A stretch of DNA of 18,500 bases, from assembly GCF_006345805.1 (NCBI RefSeq), contig NW_021824330.1, positions 1 through 18,500 of the forward strand. Direction: 5' to 3'. Positions 18,482 to 18,500 of the stretch are shown one piece after another. Source of the DNA: Octopus sinensis (lineage: Eukaryota). Each line of letters opens with the position of its first letter. Positions within the stretch are counted from its first letter, which is position 1. Position numbers and translations under genes: made by a program. The notes beneath the pieces are model-generated. The model did no database searches. It saw only the letters and a list, made by a program, of their open reading frames with translations, and was not told where the DNA came from.

Positions 18482-18500
18482 CTTTGCCACAAGGGTAGCT

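Overview
Eukaryotic, AT-rich, apparently non-coding DNA (intron or intergenic) made almost entirely of nested short retroposons, MITE-like elements and microsatellites. From memory, not a search, the repeat families resemble those of Octopus (coleoid cephalopod) genomes. No ORF in the track is a credible protein; all are repeat or microsatellite translations. Family labels A/B/C are my own. Highlights: (1) a tRNA-headed SINE-like element carrying minimal Penelope-type type-I hammerhead ribozyme motifs, in tandem and inverted copies (13711-14364), plus a second, unrelated hammerhead motif at 13510-13547; (2) a 4.3-kb array of 23 headless ~185-bp SINE units behind one promoter-bearing head (4268-8566), whose unit-junction sequence reappears in a separate TSD-flanked palindromic insertion (11261-11570), and a second array of the same family with ~112-bp period (15221-15754); (3) a minus-strand branchpoint-polypyrimidine-CAG|GTAAGT site with a 30-nt downstream exon, i.e. 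a candidate recursive splice site or microexon (12982-13045). No autonomous reverse transcriptase or transposase is in the window.
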